From: Oscillospiraceae bacterium
GTDB taxonomy: Bacteria > Bacillota > Clostridia > Oscillospirales > Ruminococcaceae
Assembly: GCA_031262245.1 (NCBI GenBank)
Contig: JAISIJ010000212.1
Span: 1-37,955 of the forward strand
Direction: 5' to 3'
DNA length: 37,955 nucleotides
Made by a program: the position numbers and the translations under genes. How positions within the stretch are numbered: the first letter of the stretch is position 1; the number at the start of each line of letters is the position of its first letter. This document shows, in pieces, positions 34,633-37,955 of the stretch. The notes below the pieces were generated by a model. The model had not been told where the DNA came from. It was given only the letters and a program-made list of their open reading frames with translations, and ran no database searches.

Positions 34633-37095
34633 ATGAAAAAACTATTAGCTATGATTTTAGCAATTTCAATGTTAGGCGGTTGCGGCACAACCGATAAGAA
34701 AAATAAAGATACCACTTCAACTTCAACAACGACTTTGCAAAGTATCCTTTCAACAACCGAAAAAAATATCCCTCCCCCTGTGCTTACCCCTGTCACCGTA
34801 AAAAATATTTCAACGTTCAGCGATTATGTCCCCTATAACTACACAGGCACACCCTCTGTTCCCGAATACACCATTTCCGCAAACTTAGATAATGTCATTA
34901 ACCGTTGGCAATATACAACCGAAGAAAAACCGGAATATGACGTTGAAGAAGATTATACCGACCAAGACGGAAACCCTTATATCTATCAATTCTATCGTTC
35001 AGACTATGAAATGTCTGAAGAAATGCAAAAACTCATTGAAGAAAACGGTTTTGCTGTAAGTGACAGATACGATATAGGCAGATATTCAACACTCTATGAA
35101 GAAAACAGATATGACCTCGTGCCTAATTTTATCACAACAGATACAGCTTTGTATTCATTCCACCTTGTTTTCTCAAGCATACTCGTCAACCTTGAAAAGA
35201 ATATTTTCTATAATGAACTGAATACGCTTACAACCGAAATGTATAATCAAGCAGAAGCAATGTATTATATGGCGGAAGATACGGATTTTGAAAATGCGGC
35301 TTTGAGAAATTACGCTTACTTTGCTGTTGCAAATTCATTGTTAAATACTTCTTTTGAATTTCCTGCTGAAATAAGTGATATTTGCAAAGAGGAAATAACG
35401 CTGATTAATAATGCTTCAGGTCCTGCTCCCTCGCCTATTGTAAATTTAGGTGAAAACAATGATTCTTTAGAAGAATTTCAATTGGACTATTCTCAATTTA
35501 CTCCTCGTTCTCATTATACCGAAACAGAAGAATTGCAGAAATATTTCAGAGTAATGCAATGGTACGGACAGACAACTTATCGTTCAAAATATGAAGACGA
35601 AGCAAAATCAGCAATACTAATGACTGCTTTGCTTTATACTTCCCAAACAGCTTTAGACAGTTGGATGAAAATCTATGAACCCACAAACTTCTTTGTAGGC
35701 GACAGTGACGATATTATCCCGCAAAATTTCTATACCGAGTTAAGCGAAATTTACGGCGACTTTTCAGATTTCACAGCTTTAACAAACAACGAAAATTTTG
35801 AAAAAGCAAAGCTGATAATCAGAGCAATGAAAAAACCTGCAATTAACTCAACACCTATCTATGAAACTGTTGAAGATGTTGACAAAGCAATTGTCGGCTT
35901 GCGTTTTATGGGACAACGTTTTACGGTTGACGGTGCGATTATGCAACAGCTTATGGACAGACTTGTCCCCGACAGAGCATTGCCCTCCGCTTTAGATATC
36001 CCCTCTGCTTTCGGCTCAAATCTTGCTGAAGAACTCCAAAAAGACGAAACCTCTCAATACCCCGAATACCAAAGTCAGCTTGATTTTGTTCGTGAGAAAA
36101 TCAATGCTTTACCCGAAGAAACTTGGGGCAGCAATGTCTATTGGGGTTGGTTGAATAATCTGCGTCCCCTTACAGACGATACAAAATCCGAGGGCTATCC
36201 CCTCTTTATGCAAAATCAACTTTGGGAGCAAAAGGAACTCAATACCTTTATATCTTCTTGGACAGAACTCAAACACGACACCGCACTTTATATAAAACAA
36301 CCTATGGGAGAAATGGGCGGCGGTATCCCGGACGAACCCGAAACAGCCCCCGACGACGGCGGATATGTTGAACCGAACCCCAATGTTTACGGCAGATTAC
36401 TTGCTCTTACAAATATGACGTTAAGCGGAATGGAAAGCAGAGGTTTGTTTTTTGAAGAAAAATATCCCGAAGATAGAGATATAAGCATAAAGAGTGCTTT
36501 AGAGAAATTGCAATATTTATATCAAAATCTCTTAACTATCTCCGAACACGAACTTGCAAACACCCCTTTAACAACAGAGGAATATGATTTTATCCGCACT
36601 TTCGGCGGCGAGTTGGAACACGTTTGGGATGTTTATCACTATAATCATCCTAACGTAATGATGGGCAATAATACAAATACTTCTCTTGTTATTGACGTTG
36701 CAACCGACCCTAACGGACTATGTCTTGAAGAGGGCGTTGGCTACGGTAAGTTAATGATTGCGGCATTTCCCCGCAACGGAGAAGTTGTTTTGGGCAGCGG
36801 AGTTGTTTATTCACACTATGAATTTACCCAACCACTCGACCATAGATTAACAGACGAAGAATGGCAATTTTCTCTTTCATTAAAAGAAATGCCGTTTTTG
36901 GTTGAATATTTTGAGAGTGTATGGAGTGCCGAAAATAACCCCGATGATTATGCCGAAGTCCCCTACTATATCGATATTCCCGAATATTCAGACTGGCAAA
37001 AAGATTTTATTGCCGACATCGGTTTCCTTGAGAATTGGGAATTGGAAGAACTTGAACAACAGGCACAAGAGGGAACTGAAGAAGATACTGAATAA
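34633..37095 (+). CDS. DUF3160-family lipoprotein
   Basis: Lipobox LGGC; PNFITTD, DYSQFTPRSHY, RFMGQRF, SWTELKHDT, GYVEP, GVVYSHYEF...RLTDEEW. Confidence 0.88.
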   Translation: MKKLLAMILAISMLGGCGTTDKKNKDTTSTSTTTLQSILSTTEKNIPPPVLTPVTVKNISTFSDYVPYNYTGTPSVPEYTISANLDNVINRWQYTTEEKPEYDVEEDYTDQDGNPYIYQFYRSDYEMSEEMQKLIEENGFAVSDRYDIGRYSTLYEENRYDLVPNFITTDTALYSFHLVFSSILVNLEKNIFYNELNTLTTEMYNQAEAMYYMAEDTDFENAALRNYAYFAVANSLLNTSFEFPAEISDICKEEITLINNASGPAPSPIVNLGENNDSLEEFQLDYSQFTPRSHYTETEELQKYFRVMQWYGQTTYRSKYEDEAKSAILMTALLYTSQTALDSWMKIYEPTNFFVGDSDDIIPQNFYTELSEIYGDFSDFTALTNNENFEKAKLIIRAMKKPAINSTPIYETVEDVDKAIVGLRFMGQRFTVDGAIMQQLMDRLVPDRALPSALDIPSAFGSNLAEELQKDETSQYPEYQSQLDFVREKINALPEETWGSNVYWGWLNNLRPLTDDTKSEGYPLFMQNQLWEQKELNTFISSWTELKHDTALYIKQPMGEMGGGIPDEPETAPDDGGYVEPNPNVYGRLLALTNMTLSGMESRGLFFEEKYPEDRDISIKSALEKLQYLYQNLLTISEHELANTPLTTEEYDFIRTFGGELEHVWDVYHYNHPNVMMGNNTNTSLVIDVATDPNGLCLEEGVGYGKLMIAAFPRNGEVVLGSGVVYSHYEFTQPLDHRLTDEEWQFSLSLKEMPFLVEYFESVWSAENNPDDYAEVPYYIDIPEYSDWQKDFIADIGFLENWELEELEQQAQEGTEEDTE

Positions 37096-37131
37096 AATAT
37101 TTTAAAATGACAATAATGTAAGTATTAAAAA

Positions 37132-37674
37132 ATGAAAAAAATCTTTGCAATCATTATGGCGTTTTCACTTCTCTTTGTTTCCCTCCTTAACAAAGAGAGT
37201 GAAACGCCTTTCCGATTATTTATTAAAAATTGGGATTATCAATCCCAAATTGAAACAAAAAACGGCTATACATATACCCTTAAAAATGGGATATTAACCG
37301 TGAAAAGCCTTAACAAAAATAAAGGTGTAATATGGCAAAGCGACAGAGAATGGTATATAACCGCTTTTGCTTTGGGAGATTACAACAAAAACGGTTTTAC
37401 AGACATTACTTTCACCCTTTGGAAAAAATACAGTTTCGGTAAATATGTTCCTTTTAATCAAACCAATGACCCCGAGAGAAAATGTCATATCTGGGTTTAC
37501 GAAAATACAGGAATAAGTCTTTACAATGTTTGGTGTTCATCAAATCTCCCTCGTGCAGTCTATAGCTTTACTCTCAATGACGAAATTCTGACAATGCAAG
37601 AAAGTGAATATGACAGCTTTAAACTCAAGGAATATAAGTATTATTGGGATAATTGGGGATTTATGCCGTTTTAA
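37132..37674 (+). CDS. Exported hypothetical protein with an FG-GAP/VCBS-like motif
   Basis: Signal-like N-terminus; GDYNKNGFTDI, WCSSNL, C-terminal WDNWGF. Confidence 0.7.
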   Translation: MKKIFAIIMAFSLLFVSLLNKESETPFRLFIKNWDYQSQIETKNGYTYTLKNGILTVKSLNKNKGVIWQSDREWYITAFALGDYNKNGFTDITFTLWKKYSFGKYVPFNQTNDPERKCHIWVYENTGISLYNVWCSSNLPRAVYSFTLNDEILTMQESEYDSFKLKEYKYYWDNWGFMPF

Positions 37675-37718
37675 TGCATTTGTTCATAAAAAAATGTTTA
37701 AATTTTTACGAAAAATTG

Positions 37719-37747
37719 TTGAATTTTGTTCTCGAATAGTATATAAT
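37719..37747 (+). promoter_or_regulatory. sigmaA promoter of hpf
   Basis: TTGAAT-17 nt-TATAAT. Confidence 0.75.
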
Positions 37748-37776
37748 AACAAAAAAGCTAAAAAGGAGTTGCTGAT

Positions 37777-37955
37777 ATGAAAATTACATTAGTATCACCA
37801 AAAATTACTCTTTCGGAAGATTTCAAGGATTTTGCCGAAAAGAAAGCCTCAAAAAAGTTAGAACGCTTTTTTGACGAAAGTGCAGAGTTAAAAATCACGC
37901 TCCGTGAAAATCAAAATAAAATTACTGTGGAAGTAATTATAAAACATAAAAGCTT
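37777..37955 (+). CDS. hpf: Ribosome hibernation promoting factor (3'-truncated)
   Basis: AAGGAG RBS; MKITLVSPKITLSEDFKDFAEKKASKKLERFFDESAELKITLRENQNKITVEV. Confidence 0.85.
   Translation, partial: MKITLVSPKITLSEDFKDFAEKKASKKLERFFDESAELKITLRENQNKITVEVIIKHKS

Noticed and set aside
429-37488. Numerous antisense and alternate-frame ORFs in the supplied track
   Set aside because: Nested in well-supported genes, with no RBS or recognisable motifs.

Overview
AT-rich chromosomal segment of a probably spore-forming Clostridia-type Firmicute (inferred from bofA, yaaL-like, yheC/D-like, cdaA-cdaR and fabK). Gene content is mostly housekeeping: feoB; a minus-strand block yfcE-yfhO-paaK-iorA-iorB-(lipoprotein)-paaK-(Fic, YheC/D, small membrane protein, DUF2726)-ACT-mtnN; a likely sigmaE sporulation operon ending in yaaL-bofA; a degenerate PEP-synthase/rifampin-phosphotransferase-like protein; an ABC exporter; tRNA-Arg(CCG); a GH25 muramidase; cdaR-cdaA; fumarate hydratase alpha; scattered fabH, fabD, fabK and fabG; aroE-aroK; an amidohydrolase; a DUF3160 lipoprotein; and hpf. 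I see no transposase, integrase, phage or cas gene. The unusual content is non-coding: three families of short structured repeats. Family A is a ~92-bp unit found in tandem and as an inverted pair. Family B is a variable-sequence GT...AC hairpin followed by AAT(T/G)A(A/G)N heptamer arrays. Family C is a covarying mini-hairpin plus a TATTTCGTG...ACACGGGCGA unit, interleaved with parS palindromes, with one array carrying an antitoxin-like gene that the sister array lacks. These repeats sit at stop codons and often rewrite protein C-termini, and a further tandem repeat is inserted in frame in iorA. All protein family calls are from motif recognition by eye, not database searches.
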